The notes under the pieces were generated by a model that saw only the letters and a list, made by a program, of their open reading frames with translations, had not been told where the DNA came from and did not search any database. A DNA stretch of 64,000 nucleotides from Eledone cirrhosa (taxonomy: Eukaryota), in the NCBI GenBank assembly GCA_964016885.1, contig OZ024741.1, positions 153,388,001 to 153,452,000 on the forward strand, given 5' to 3'. Below are positions 10,814-24,604 of this stretch, piece by piece (position 1 is the stretch's first letter; each line of letters starts with the position of its first letter). The position numbers were made by a program, and so were the translations under genes.

Positions 10814-12109
10814 TCATTATATTCATCAAGCATTTTAAGGCAATTTTCTTTTCTAAAATAGAGAACAATCTTGACAGGCTTAATCATACTCACCATGGGG
10901 TCCTTTTTGAGGCAATGTTTTTTTATGCCTGTTTATCTATCCTGATGTCAACCCTTTTAGTCACCACTTATGATATACAGGAATAGGGAGTACCTATTCT
11001 AAATTGGATACACAGCAATCGTTTCCCATAATACTTCTAATAAAACTACATATAAACACATTTTTTGGTAGCTCCACTAGTTAAACCAATGTTAACTCTC
11101 AACATCCTGTAATGATTTAGCAGAAAATATCTAAAAATGAGGAGTTATTAATTCAAATGTATATAGTATCTTTACTAGTGGACAGATCGTTGTGAAAATT
11201 TTGTATTAAAGTAGTTTATTGTGGCACCAGTACTAAAAGAGTCTGTTACATGCTCATCCATGGTAACAATATTTAACTGGTTAAAGAGATCTTAAACAAG
11301 AAATTCAGAGAGTAAATGACGAGATCCAGTAATTATCATTATATTCTAATTATTGATTAGAAAATAAATGAATAGACTATGCTTTTGCTGGTGATTGAAA
11401 TGGAGAGTAACTTGTAATTTGGGGATAAATTGTTTTCATTGTCCTTATTTTTTTTTTTTTTTTTAGATGTTAAACAAGTGATATTTATTTCAATGAAATG
11501 CATATAAATATAATCAACTGATATTTTTAAAAATTGAAGAAGACCTACCCAATCGCATGCCACAAAGGGCATCAGAGTTTTGCTCTATTTAATTGTCTAA
11601 CCTATATAATTGTTAACTTACACAGTAGCTTAACAATTTGCATTATAAATCCCACCAAGGTCAACCAACTAACTCTACAGAGTTAACAAAATAGCTGACT
11701 TGGCTTAGAAACTAGTTTTGGGATTATAGCATAGGGAGTATTTGATCTGTGCCAATCACAACAGATCTGGATTCTCTGTGTGGAGATAAGCAATGGTGAG
11801 TGGTTGAACAGTTTCAGTTGTAATCATGAGATCACTTGTGAATTAAATTAAGTAAACAAACTGTGTGAAAGCCTATTGGGACTTTACCTGAAGTTCAAAG
11901 ATTCAATCTTGTTACATGTTGTATCACACTGATTTGGCTTGGGAATTGCATTGAGGGTACATGTGTCAGTGGAATCATATAACCACCTTGATACCAAACC
12001 AAGTGAAACCATTCCTGATTCTACAATACTAAACTGTATATTATAAAGTGATTTTATTTATCTAAAACTCTTCTATCATAATTGTATATGATTACTTATG
12101 CTAAGTTAT

Positions 12110-12612
12110 AATAATAATGAAATTATTGTGTATAGTACTCAGATGCACTACAACTCATCAAAGGTGCATGTATAGTACATAGAATATCTACAAATGTCAG
12201 GGAAGTGAACAGTGTATGAGTCAAGATATACACACAGATACATGTGTGCGTGCATATGGAGGGGGAATATCAGGTGTAGTGTTGGTGAATTTCAGGAAGC
12301 ATGGAGGTTTTAAAGGATGCGGTGTCCCGGCAGCTAACAACTGATGCAGGTAGTTTGTTCCATGCTTCAGCAACTCTGAGCATGAAAAAGGTGCTCAGGG
12401 TTGTTGGCAAGATGGTTAATAATTTTGTTTTTGTTTACCAAGTCAGTTGCCAGACGTTGGAGCTTCAATGTATCCATGCCCAGGGAAGCAAGGCATTCAG
12501 AGTATGGTAGATGCTTGATGGGGAGTATTCGCTTGGTTGCATGTCTCTGAACAGTTTCCAGGAGGTCAATGTTCTGAGCAAGATAGGGCTTCCAGACTGG
12601 TGATGCAAGCAC
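12110..12612 (-). mobile_element. CR1-like LINE 3' fragment
   Basis: ASPVWKPYLAQNIDLLETVQRHATKRI, a typical CR1 ORF2 C-terminal motif. Confidence 0.8.
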
Positions 12613-14019
12613 TAGCTTAATAATGAATTCTTATTTAGGTACAAAGACAAAAATTTGTGGCGAGGAAAAGTCAATAAAATTGACCCAAGTACACGATTAA
12701 TTTGAACTCAGACCTTAAAGGGCTATAACTAAATTCTGCAAAACATTTTGTCCAATGCTCTATTGATTCTGCCAATCCAGCACCCTGACACCAACTTAAT
12801 AATGAAATAGTTATATTATTAAATCCTTCCAAATTCTTAATTATTTTCAAAATTATTTTAATATTATAGGCAGAGTCTTTCATCAGAAATATGGTAACAA
12901 AAGGGTTACACATTTATATAACTAAGAGTTGGTTAAATAAAAATACAGCTGTGGAAGTTAAATAATTACTGTGGGATGAACATAACAATCACTTAGACTT
13001 GTTGATAGAAGTCAAATGCAAAAGTCTTATCTTGTCAGCAGTTATATTGAATGAAGAACAGTTGTACACTTAACTTTCTATTGTAATATTACACAATGAC
13101 AAAACAATGTGTTTAGTAAATTAGAAAAGCTACAAATTTACAAACATAATAGACATTAATTCTACCTATTACGAACAAGTTCTGTAATGATCTTTAAAAT
13201 CTAATTCATTTCTACAACAGCAATTTCAAAGGTAGGTGCTACTCCAACTTTTGAAGCAGTAGCAGATTATGGTTTGGGGCTTGTAGGGCTGCAGCCAGGA
13301 GACCCACAATTTTTATGGGGCTCCAATATATATATATTTTTTATTTTACTACCACAGATATTAAGCAAGAACTCCAATGAAATTTTCAGCCAGAGGCCCC
13401 ATTCAAGCTTGATCCATTCCTGTTTGGAGCCCTAAAAGATTCAAGGGAGATACTAGAAGGCAATGAAGCAGTAGGTGGACATTGGAAAGCAGGGGGTTAG
13501 GAGGGATAAAATGAACCAAGCCCATTGAAATGCCATGGTGAACACTCAACCAAATGTCTAGAGTGGCACCCAAAGGCTGGCTGCAACACATACAGGAACT
13601 TGATTGGTTGATTATTGATATGACACTAAGGAGAATAGTGTTTGATGATGATGTATAGAAATGTAGTTGATGAAAAACTTTTGAAAAGAGCTCAAGTTAT
13701 TGCTTAATAGTTTTGTGACCATATTTCTAATGAAATACACTTTATTTCAATTAATTAATGAAAAGATTTGAAGGATTTACATAATTTTTAATTATATCAT
13801 TACTGAGATACTAATTTAACATATGGTTCCTATATAAAATCATGCTGGAAGATTTTAACATAAATGTATGTATGGACATGTAATTCCTGATGGAGTTAGA
13901 GAAGAACCTCGGTAACATACAATGTTTCTTGGGCATTTTAAACCTTCAGCAAGTGGCAGTTAACACCTCACACTTATAACACACTTTCATAAATAAAATA
14001 CTGAGGAATAATTGTGTCT

Positions 14020-16152
14020 AATACACTGCCACAGCCAACTATGAGATATGCTGTCTGATAAACTGCCACAGTCAATTGTCTGATACACTGTCACAGTCAA
14101 CTGTCTGATACACTGTCACAGTCAACTGTCTGATACACTGTCAGTCAACTGTCTGATACACTGTCACAGTCAACTGTCTGATACACTGTCACAGTAAAAT
14201 GTCTGATATACTGTCACAGTCAACTGTCTGATACAATGTCACAGTCAATTGTCTGATACACTGCCACAGTCAACTGTCTGATACACTGTCACAGTCAACT
14301 GTCTGATACACTGTCACAGTAAACAGTCTGATATACTGCCACAGTCAACTGTCTGGTACACTGTGACAGTCAACTGTCTGGTACACTGTGACAGTCAACT
14401 GTCTGGTACACTGCCACAATCAACTGTATGATACACTGTCACAGTCAACTGTCTGATACACTGTCACAGTAAACAGTCTGATATACTGCCACAGTCAACT
14501 GTCTGGTACACTGCCACTGTCAACTGCATGATACACTGTCACAGTCAACTGTCTGATACACTGTCACAGTAAACAGTCTGATACACTGTGACAGTCAACT
14601 GTCTGGTACACTGCCACAGTCAACTGTCTGATACACTGTCACAGTCAACTGTCTGATACAGTGTCACAGTCAACTGTCTGATACAGTGTCACAGCCAACT
14701 GTCTGATACACTGTCACAGTCAACTGTCTGATACAGTGTCACAGTCAACTGTCTGATACAGTGTCACAGCCAACTGTCTGATACACTGCCACAGTCAACT
14801 GTCTGGTACACTGTCACAGTCAACTGTCTGATACACTGTCACAGTCAACTGTCTGATACACTGTCACAGTCAACTGTCTGATACACTGTCACAGTCTGAT
14901 ATACTGCCACAGTCAAGTGTCTGGTACACTGTGACAGTCAACTGTCTGGTACACTGCCACAGTCAACTGTATGATACACTGTCACAGTCAACTGTTTGAT
15001 ACACTGTCACAGTCAACTGTCTGATACACTGCCACAGTCAACTGTCTGATACACTGCCACAGTAATATGTCTGATACACTGTGACAGTCAACTGTCTGAT
15101 ACACTGTCACAGTCAACTGTCTGATACACTGTCACAGTCAACTGTCTGATACACTGTCACAGTCAACTGTCTGGTACACTGTGACAGTCAACTGTCTGGT
15201 ACACTGCCACAGTCAACTGTATGATACACTGTCACAGTCAACTGTTTGATACACTGTCACAGTCAACTGTCTGATACACTGCCACAGTCAACTGTCTGAT
15301 ACACTGTCACAGTCAAATGCCTGATACACTGTCACAGTCAACTGTCTGATACACTGTCACAGTAATATGTCTGATACACTGTGACAGTCAACTGCCTGAT
15401 ACACTGTCACAGTTAACTGTCTGATACACTGTCACAGTCAACTGTCTGATACACTGTCACAGTCAACTGTCTGATACACTGTCACCGTCAACTGTCTGAT
15501 ACACTGTCACAGTCAACTGTCTGATACACTGTCACAGTCAACTGTCTGATACACTGTCACAGTTAACTGTCTGATACACTATCACAGTAATATGTCTGAT
15601 ACACTATCACAGTCAACTGTCTGATACACTGTCACAGTCAACTGTCTGATACACTGTCATAGTCAACTGTCTGATACACTATCACAGTAATATGTCTGAT
15701 ACACTGCCACAGTCAACTGTCTGATACACTATCACAGTAATATGTCTGATACACTATCACAGTAATATGTCTGATACACTGTCACAGTCAACTGTCTGAT
15801 ACACTATCACAGTAATATGTCTGATACACTGTGACAGTCAACTGTCTGATACACTATCACAGTAATGTCTGATACACTATCACAGTCAACTGTCTGATAC
15901 ACTGTCACAGTCAACTGTCTGATACACTATCACAGTAATATGTCTGATACACTGTGACAGTCAACTGTCTGATACACTGTCACAGTCAACTGTCTGATAC
16001 ACTATCACAGTAATATGTCTGATACACTGTGACAGTCAACTGTCTGATACACTATCACAGTAATATGTCTGATCACTGTGACAGTCAACTGTCTGATACA
16101 CTATCACAGTCAACTGTCTGATACAATGTTGAAAGCAATGTCTGATACAATA
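14020..16152. repeat. 25-bp minisatellite (ACTGTCACAGTCAACTGTCTGATAC), roughly 80-85 units
   Basis: Contiguous head-to-tail units without spacers. Confidence 0.97.
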
Positions 16153-17699
16153 TCTCTCTCCTAGGTAAATGGATGAAATATTTAGATCATTGATAAAAAA
16201 AATAGACACTTATAAACTAAAGCCATGATTTGGTAGAAGAATGGATCTTCAGATAGAATGTTTTGCAACAAGTGTTCAGTCTCTCTGTGCCTTAAGTTCT
16301 AACTCCATTGTGGTCAACTTTACTTTTCAGAGGCTTCAATAAATAAAATACCAATCAAATACTGAGATCAATTCTTTTTCTCACTTTCTTTGTTGCACCT
16401 CTTACCCTCTCTCTTCCCTCATCTCTCTGTCTCCCTCACATTCACAGAACTTGTAATAGCAGATAAAATGGTTCTTGTAAAAAACTATTCAAAAAGAAGG
16501 TAATGAACAAGGAACCTTTGTAATTTCACAGGAAAATTCTATGATAATTCTGCCAATCCATTGTTCTAGAGAAGTATTTCAATTTATTGACCCCTACCAC
16601 AAGGCATTTTGTCCAATACTGCATTGACTCAGCCAAATTGCTGTCTATTATATCTACATGATAGTGAATAAGAAAAAGGAAGTTGTAACATTCATACTTT
16701 CCTCAAGGACATTATTAGCCACATTATCAACATCATTTTACATCCCTTTTCCATGCTGGCATGGTTTGAACAGGTTGTCACTGTCCAAGGCCAGATGAGC
16801 TGAAGCGACTAATTTTGCTCATTAACATTCCATAGTTGGCATGGCTTCTCTGGCTGGATATCTTTCCTAATGCCAACAACCTTACAGGGGTGCTGAGTGC
16901 ATTTTTCGTGAGACCAGCACTACCACTTTACAGAGTATCATGGATGTATTTAACCCTGGCACAAACACTACAACTTTACAGAATGGACTGGGTGTGTTTT
17001 ATCATGCTATGAAAATGGCTTCAATTAAGAACTCCAAATGATCTTGAAGGGATGCTATGGAATAAATAGATATACACATCCCTATATCACCGCAAGTTTT
17101 TAGATTTATTGATGTGTGGTGTGAGATTGTATGATGTTCATACCTTTCTCTAGATGTTATTAGCAATTAGACTTATTAAAATTGGGATGTTAAGGTACTG
17201 AATTTGATGAAGGACGAAATTATTGATTACTCTAGTCACCAGAGAGAAAGAAAGTATATATATATATATATGTGTGTATGTATATGTATGTATGTACGTA
17301 TATATATATATATGTGTGTATGTATGTTTATATGTATATATGTATGTAAGTGATATCTACAGGTTGTCTGACGTCTTATCTAGAGCTGTTTATTTATTCC
17401 AGAATTGGTTCATGTTCATATGTTCTTCGGAGATTTTAATCCAATGTCTGCTCTATTATATCCATATATGTCGATGCATCTGTACCATAGACGAGGCACA
17501 AAGGAAAGAGAAAAGAGAAGATAGCAGACAAGGCGGGGTAGGATATGTGAATATTTTGTTACTAAGATAGATTGTAGTAGTATATTGTAGGTGTATGCTC
17601 ACACACACATTTATATTCACGTTTGTCAGTCCCACCCTTGCGTAGGTTGACAAAAGTGTGAAGATAAAAATTAGTGGGAGATGTTTTGGTGACAATGAC

Positions 17700-17776
17700 A
17701 ATGACAATTCTACAAACATGCTTGTGTGTGTGTGTATACACATATATTATATTACACACACAAGTTTGTAAAACTG

Positions 17777-17826
<50 letters not shown>

Positions 17827-18130
17827 GTGTGTGTGTATATATATATATAATGTGTGTGTGTATACACATATATTATATTACACACACAAGTTTGTAAAAC
17901 TGTCACTATATATATATATATAATGTCTGTGTATATATATATATATAATGTGTGTGTATACACATATATTATATTACACACACAAGTTTGTAAAACTGTC
18001 ACTATATATATATATATAATGTGTATATATATATATAATGTGTGTGCGTATACACATATATTATATTACACACACAAGTTTGTAAAACTGTCACTATATA
18101 TATATATATATATATAATGTGTGTGTGTAT
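17700..18130. repeat. Four ~100-125-bp tandem units with variable (TA)n, preceded by a short inverted copy
   Basis: CAAGTTTGTAAAACTGTCAC at ~17761, 17887, 17983 and 18076. Confidence 0.85.
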
Positions 18131-18269
18131 ATATATATATATGTGTGTGTGTGTTGTTGTTGTTTGTGTGTGTGTGTGGAGATATACACATGCATTTCGG
18201 CAGTTATTGAAAAATCTGAAAATGTATACGCGCACATATATACGTATACAGTGAGAGATGCACACTCAC

Positions 18270-18620
18270 TCATACACAGCAACAACAACAAGATTGGGAT
18301 GAAAGAAAATAAATAATGGTAACAGCAGAATGGCATCAGAACATGTGCCGGAGCGCATGGTGGCTGCAGTGGTTGAGTCTAATTAGCGAAGAGTCAGTCA
18401 GCTGTCGACCAATCAGAAAACGCCTTGATTAGTTATGGTCGGGATTTATTGCCGCTCATGGAAACATGTGCGTTGTCACGTGCGTTCGGCTTTTCCAGTA
18501 GAAATACAGCCTCCCCGTTTCTCTTTTTGCTGTGGTCACACCAAACCGAAGGTACGGGGTGCAAGAAAAATATTCTGCATTACGTCATAGATGAGTTACC
18601 ATTACTTTACTTTATTACTT
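18270..18620 (-). promoter_or_regulatory. Putative Pol II promoter and first exon
   Basis: Locally CpG-rich. CCAAT 18409-18413, CACGTG 18477-18482, TTACGTCA 18580-18587. Minus strand GCCACCATG (ATG at 18358) and a GTGAGT donor at 18269. Confidence 0.45.
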
Positions 18621-19352
18621 TTTTTTTCAAGCTGTAAATTTTCGGGCAAAAAACGCGACGAAAATAAATTCATAAATAAATAATTTTTTTTTGTAATTGA
18701 TTCAATAATTAAATATAAAATCATTATTATTTTTTTAAATCTCAATGCAAGTTTTATAATAAATTTCCTGTGGCCGTATGTGATATCTGAATATTCAGCC
18801 CATTCCATTGAGCTACTCTACTACTACTACTACTACTACCACTACTACCACTACTGCTAACACTACTACTACTACTGATGATGATGATGAGGATGCAAAT
18901 CATGATGATGATGATGGAGGCGGTAGTTGCTTGTGGAGGTAATGATATGGTCAGCGTCAAAACTACACACGCTAATCACCCACGACTATTTTAAAGAGTG
19001 GTATTTCCCTCGATATAAAATGCCGATGACGTTATCCAAAGAGATCAGATTGTTCGTCGTCGTTCAAATGAAATGCATACAATAACAACAACTGGCAGGA
19101 GCAAAACACTGTTAAACAAGAGTAATTTGTCAACGTCTCCCTCAACACAAGCAAGCACATTGAACCACTCGTACTCACATACATAACCGTGTATGTGTAT
19201 ATATGTGTGTATGTGTGTGTGCAAACATACATCATACATACATACACACTTACATACATACATAATCGTGTATGTGTGTCGATGAACACCTATTTATACG
19301 CGTATGATAATTCAATACATACATACATACATTCATACTTACATACACACAT

Positions 19353-19673
19353 AGGATGCACTCCGCCGGTTACGACAAGTGTTCCAGTTGATCCGATCAA
19401 CGGAACAGCCTGCCCATGAAATTAACGTGCAAGTGGCTGAGCATTCCACAGACACGCGTAGCTTTACCGTAGTTATCAGGGAGATTCAGTGTGACACAGT
19501 GTGTGACAAGGTTGGTTCTTCGAATTACAAGTACAACTCATTTTTGCCAGCTTGAGTGGACTGGAGCAACGTAAAATAAAGTGTCTTGCTCAAGGACACA
19601 ACGCACTGCCGGGAATCGAACACACGACCTTACGATCGTGAGCTGAATACCCTACCCACAAAGCCACGCGCCT
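19353..19673 (-). mobile_element. tRNA-derived SINE
   Basis: Minus strand has an A-box-like TGGCTTTGTGG, B-box GTTCGATTCC and a CCTTGAGCAAGACACTT core. Flanked by (CATA)n. Confidence 0.88.
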
Positions 19674-20325
19674 TACCCTGTACCATACATACATACATAC
19701 AATTCAAATAAATTAATTAAATTGAAATGCATACGCGCACACTGCTCTTGTTGCGCAGTACGCGTGTGCACACGCGGCTGTTATTTTCGTTTTCAATGCT
19801 TACAACGTTAGCATTTTATATTTAAAATAAAAACACTTTCTAATACATATACACTGGCATACTGCCTGTGTATGTAAATCAGTTTGTATATGAATGTATT
19901 TTCACGCTCGTGCGCTCGCATGCATATACATTCACACACGCACTGACTTACTAAATATGTATGTGCATGCGAGTGTACGAGCATGCATGAATATTTGTAT
20001 ACGTACGAAATTGTAAGATTTTGTTTTTTCAATTTTGACCGAAATGTCTTTTTCACAATGTATAAATAACCTGTGAAACGTGCACGTGCCTGTGTGTGTA
20101 TGTGTGTGTTGATGCGCGCGCGTGATTAGGAAACTCTAGAGAGAGAGAGAGCGAAACAGCTGAGAAGAGATCTTTACAAGAATTAACTCTCTTCAGTATT
20201 TCGGACCTTGTAAACTTACTTAAAACCCGCTATGGTCAACTTTGCCTTTCGTCTTTTCGACGTCGATAAAAATAAGTAACAGTCCATAATTCGGGTAAAT
20301 TAATTCTCTCTCTCTCTCTCTCTCT

Positions 20326-20401
<76 letters not shown>

Positions 20402-20699
20402 AAGAAGAAGAAGAAGAAATTGGCTGTGTTCAGACCTGGAGAAAGTATGGGCTCTGCCAGGTTTAAAATGCCCAAAACACGCTGCATGGACTCCATCAGG
20501 GATTACCACTATATCATACATAAAGATACACAAACTTACCCTACGTTAGAGCTCCTATCATAAACTGGTGTTTGTTTTTTTATTTTTTTATTGTTGATTA
20601 AAATAACATGACTATATAGGTATATACAGTACTAATTAAACAATCGAAAAAAGGTTGGAGTTTATGGAAGAAAAAAGGATGGAGAAAAGACCCACACAC

Positions 20700-21120
20700 T
20701 TAATCACACGCCACAAAGAGCACTGGAGCCTCACTCTAATGATTTTTGAGGCAAGCTAACACACTCTCAGCATTGTTGCAGGTGACAGCGAGGCTCAGAC
20801 ACTGGAATAGCCAAACATCTTCACCAGGAACATCACCTAATATGTCAGTTATACAAGCTACTAACAATGACAAGAACCTCATCATCAACGCCACAGCATC
20901 TCGAACGCCACAGGCTGGTAAAAATAGTTTGCAGATAATTCCTGATATTGTAGCTACAAATGCCTTTACTTGCAGCATCGAGGATGTAAGAAATAGCAAA
21001 ACAGACATTGACTATAGAGTCCTTAATGAGACATCTATCTCTGACCCAGGGACAAAGAGTAAAACAATAGCTATTCCCATCAACCCTGAACAATCCAACT
21101 GGCTCCAGAATTGAGGAGCT
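20700..21120 (-). mobile_element. CRE-like non-LTR element 3' relic
   Basis: WLFQCLSLAVTCNNAESVLA, homologous to FQRISLAVLRGNA at ~23700. Confidence 0.65.
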
Positions 21121-21419
21121 ATTAACTCGAGCCCATTTGTATATAGCAGAAAAATATATAACAGAAAATTTGAAGCCCCTTAAATAATGTGGGGCTCCTG
21201 ACTACATCCCAACCAGCCAACCAACTCCACCACCACCCTTTAGCATTTAAATTGGCCATATCCGGCCAGAATTCTCTCACCGCTTTCTGTTCAAACTGGC
21301 TGTCTCCGGCCACTCATACTAATGTTAAGGTATTGTTCTCAAAATAAATATCAAAATCTCATATATTCGATATATACAATAGCATAAATAGAATAAAGGG
21401 TTAATCTGCTATTGGTTAT

Positions 21420-21612
21420 ATTATATTGAGAACGTCGGACATGTTTTACGGCCTCTACGTTCTGAGTTCAAATCCCGCTGAAGTTAGTTTTGCCTTTCAT
21501 CTTTATTGGGTCGATAAAATAAAGTACCAGTAACGTACTGAGGTCGATTTAATCGCTCCCACCCACAACAAATTTTTTTTTTTTACTTTGTGCTTAAATC
21601 AGAAACCATTAT
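21420..21612 (+). mobile_element. SINE with TTCTGAGTTCAAAT...CTTTCATC...GGTCGATAAAATAAAGTACCAG core (representative copy)
   Basis: The core recurs at ~12640, 16290, 21910, 22320, 24400, 44640, 54780, 55160, 59100, 59310, 60570 and 63090. Confidence 0.8.
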
Positions 21613-22406
21613 ATTGTGTCTTTTCAAAATTATATTATTCAATATGTCCTTCCTTTTCTTTTAAGATGCTAGGTACGATATGATTTGAGTGAGATTTAAT
21701 TGCTATTTCTCGCAGTTGAATCGGCCACATAAAACCATTCCTATTGTCTCCTTAAATATATATACATATATACACATATTTTTGTTGTTGCTTAGCTCCA
21801 AGTTGTACCCCCAAGCCGAACAACACTTATGATGAAAGGCAATTCAAGCTGTCAGCATTCCACCATTCTTTCATCCAGATATAGTGTAAACCAGACCACA
21901 GTTTATAATTGTTTCTACTTTTGGCACAAGGCCAGCAATTACTCAGTACATTACTGGTACTTTATTTTATCGACCCCGTAAGGATGAAAGGCAAAGTTAA
22001 CCTCGGCGGGATGTTTATAATGAGTCCTTTTTAAAGATGGTTGGATGTGAATTAAGGGCGATTGTACTACAATTTCTAGCAGGTGAAATGACCACGTAGG
22101 TGCTAACGCTCCCTCATTGACCCCATGTTTGATAGAGGTAATCTACAAATGAGCGATTCCCAATGAGAGCCTTATCCAGCAGAAACATCGAATTTGTTGT
22201 GGACCACCGCACTATAACACACTTCATCACACACACACACACATACACACACATCTTTATCAAGGGCGGTAGAGTAACAGACTCTCTAGAGTACCGAAGT
22301 ATTTGTTCCAGCTCTTTACATCCTGAGTACAAATTCTGCTGAAGTTAACCTTACCTTTCGTCCATCTGGCGGTTAATAAAATAAAGTACCAGTTAAGTAC
22401 TATGAT

Positions 22407-22563
22407 CAGTGCCGGATTTAGGACAAATGTGGCCCTGAGCTAGTTAGTGTATGAGGTTCCTTACTTGGGCCCTGAAGGTAGTAATTCAGCGTTAAAAAAT
22501 GGGGGGGGGGGACAACGGTGCCGTGCTTAAGCACACCTAAGCACAACAGTAAATCTGGCACTG
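22407..22563. mobile_element. hAT-like MITE
   Basis: TIRs CAGTGCCGGATTTA / TAAATCTGGCACTG. Imperfect 8-bp TSD ACTATGAT / GTTATGAT. Inserted in a SINE. Confidence 0.75.
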
Positions 22564-22988
22564 GTTATGATTGAATAAATGGACTTCCCCCTTTTCTACA
22601 ATCTGTACTGTCGGTCTTGTGCTTAAATTAGAAACCTTTATCACATGCACACAAACATTTATTCATCTGTTATGGCAATAGCATGTAGGAAAGTGTGTAT
22701 ATGTAAAAATATTTCCATAAAAAGTAACATTTTATTATAGTAATTAACTTAAAATTTTAAGCACTTAGTACAATGTTCGTCCCTCTTCCTGCCTCCGACT
22801 GAACAGAAAGGGCAGTTCTTGTTTATTTAGTGTGTGTGTTTATATTTTGAGTCACAAGGAGTTAGTGATAGAGTTTTTAGTTTAATTAAATGTGTTTGTT
22901 AGTGTGTGTGCTTATGTGTGTATGTTGATATGTTATGTATGTGTATGAATATGTGTTTGTGTGTATGTCGATATGTATGTGAGTGTAT

Positions 22989-23915
22989 TACTCTCGGGTC
23001 CCAAATTATAGGTGGGGCTGGAATAAGCGGGGAGGGGTCGGTAATTTTGCCTCCGTTGACTTTTTTAAAAACTAGAATTAGTTGTTTAGTTTACATATTG
23101 AGACCTCAACCCATCCTCTTTATTTTATAGCGTGTTGGGTTTCTAGTAGTACTTTTTTGTGATATATAATGTTTTTAATGAATAAAGAAAATTAATTGTC
23201 GCAGTAATTCTATCACTTAAAATAAAATGTCGCCGGATATAGGTTAGCAGCCACAGTGCCGGCCGCCTTCCACGCCATGCTGCCCTCAACGAGGTCATAA
23301 AGCATGGCTTGAACGCTGCAGGCTTCCCTTCCCAGCTCGAGCCGGTGGGGCTGGACTGAGGGGACGGCAAAAGGCCAGATGGTATGACCATCTTCCCGTT
23401 CCGCGGTGGCAAATCCCTCGTCTGGGATGCCACTTGCACCGACACTTTCTGCAGTCGCAACCTGGTGCAGTCTGCGACTAACCCAGGTTCTGCTGCACGT
23501 CGGGTTGAGGAGGCCAAACTCCTCAAATACGGGTCGCTCTCCGATAGGTTTGCGGTTGTACCCTTGGCAGTGGAGACTTCTGATGTCCTCGGACCTAGGG
23601 CCACCTCCCTACTCACCACCATAGGCGCTGAGCTGACCAACCGCAGGTGTGAGCCCCGCGAGTTGGAGAGGCTTTTCCAGCGCATCTCCCTCGCCGTCCT
23701 CCGGGGAAACGCCTACACCATTCTGTCCGCCGGGGCTGTAGGAGAGGGGGGGGGCATCACGTATCATTCCACTGAATCAAGTGTTTAAAGTTATTTTATT
23801 AGATATCGTTGTTAGGTACACATAAGCGGGTGGGGGTAGAATAATAGTAGGGAGGAATCTAAAAAAATTTATAAGCGGCCGGGGGGGGGGGGTGATTATT
23901 TGAGACCCGAGAGTA
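22989..23915. mobile_element. Non-autonomous DNA transposon, TA-flanked (Tc1/mariner-like), carrying a LINE fragment
   Basis: TIRs TACTCTCGGGTCCCAAAT (22989-23006) and ATTTGAGACCCGAGAGTA (23898-23915). Confidence 0.75.
23243..23788 (+). pseudogene. CRE-clade non-LTR restriction-like endonuclease fragment
   Basis: RHAALNEVI...LEP...GKRPDG...LVWDATC...K..KY...PLAVET...QRISLAVLRGNA, one in-frame TGA, GC-rich. Confidence 0.85.
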
Positions 23916-24604
23916 AGTTTTTGTGACTGATATCTAATGAAGGTTTTTTTAAATTCATCAAATAGGAGAACTGTAAACAAATTGCTGATGTAATTTCTTT
24001 TGAAATGCCTTAACCCTTTTGACACCAAGACATCAGAAACCACTCTTGGTTTTATGATACAAAATTCTTTATATTTATCTAATATTTATCTAATACTTTC
24101 CATCATAATTTTATACAAGAATCTTTGTTAAGTTATACTGTAAACACCAACTTGATAATAATGAGACAGTTAATTGTATTACTGTATGTATGTATAGAGC
24201 CGTAACTCCCAGTGGATTCATAGAGGCACTGTAGTGACTTATTTCAGCATTTTTAAAACCTGGGGGAGTCCATCTACTCTCCAGGTCTGAACATAGCTGA
24301 TTTATTCCAGAGAAGGAGACATGCAGAGTGAGAGAGAGGAAGTGAGAAAGATATATATAGAGGAAGAATCAACCCAAGTACTAGACTGCAACTTTTATTT
24401 ATCAACCTCAAAAGTAAAGTTGACTTCAGCAGGATTGGAACTCAGAAAGAAGAGAGCTGAAATGAATTCCACAAAGCCATGCATATATATTACTAAACCA
24501 CTCAAAATTTTTGATGATTTTCAAAATTATTCAAAAATCATAAACAGTATCTTTCATTAGAAATATGGTAAGAAAAGGGTTAAAGTGTTTATAATTATCT
24601 CAAA

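Noticed and set aside
14020-16152. CRISPR-like appearance of the 25-bp array and of the 17700-18130 repeats
   Set aside because: No unique spacers, no cas genes, and a eukaryotic context.
18270-18358. EMC1 assignment from the ...AVY(E/D) end of the candidate first exon
   Set aside because: Only a 3-4 residue match, and no downstream exon with DQxGxFDW was found in the window.
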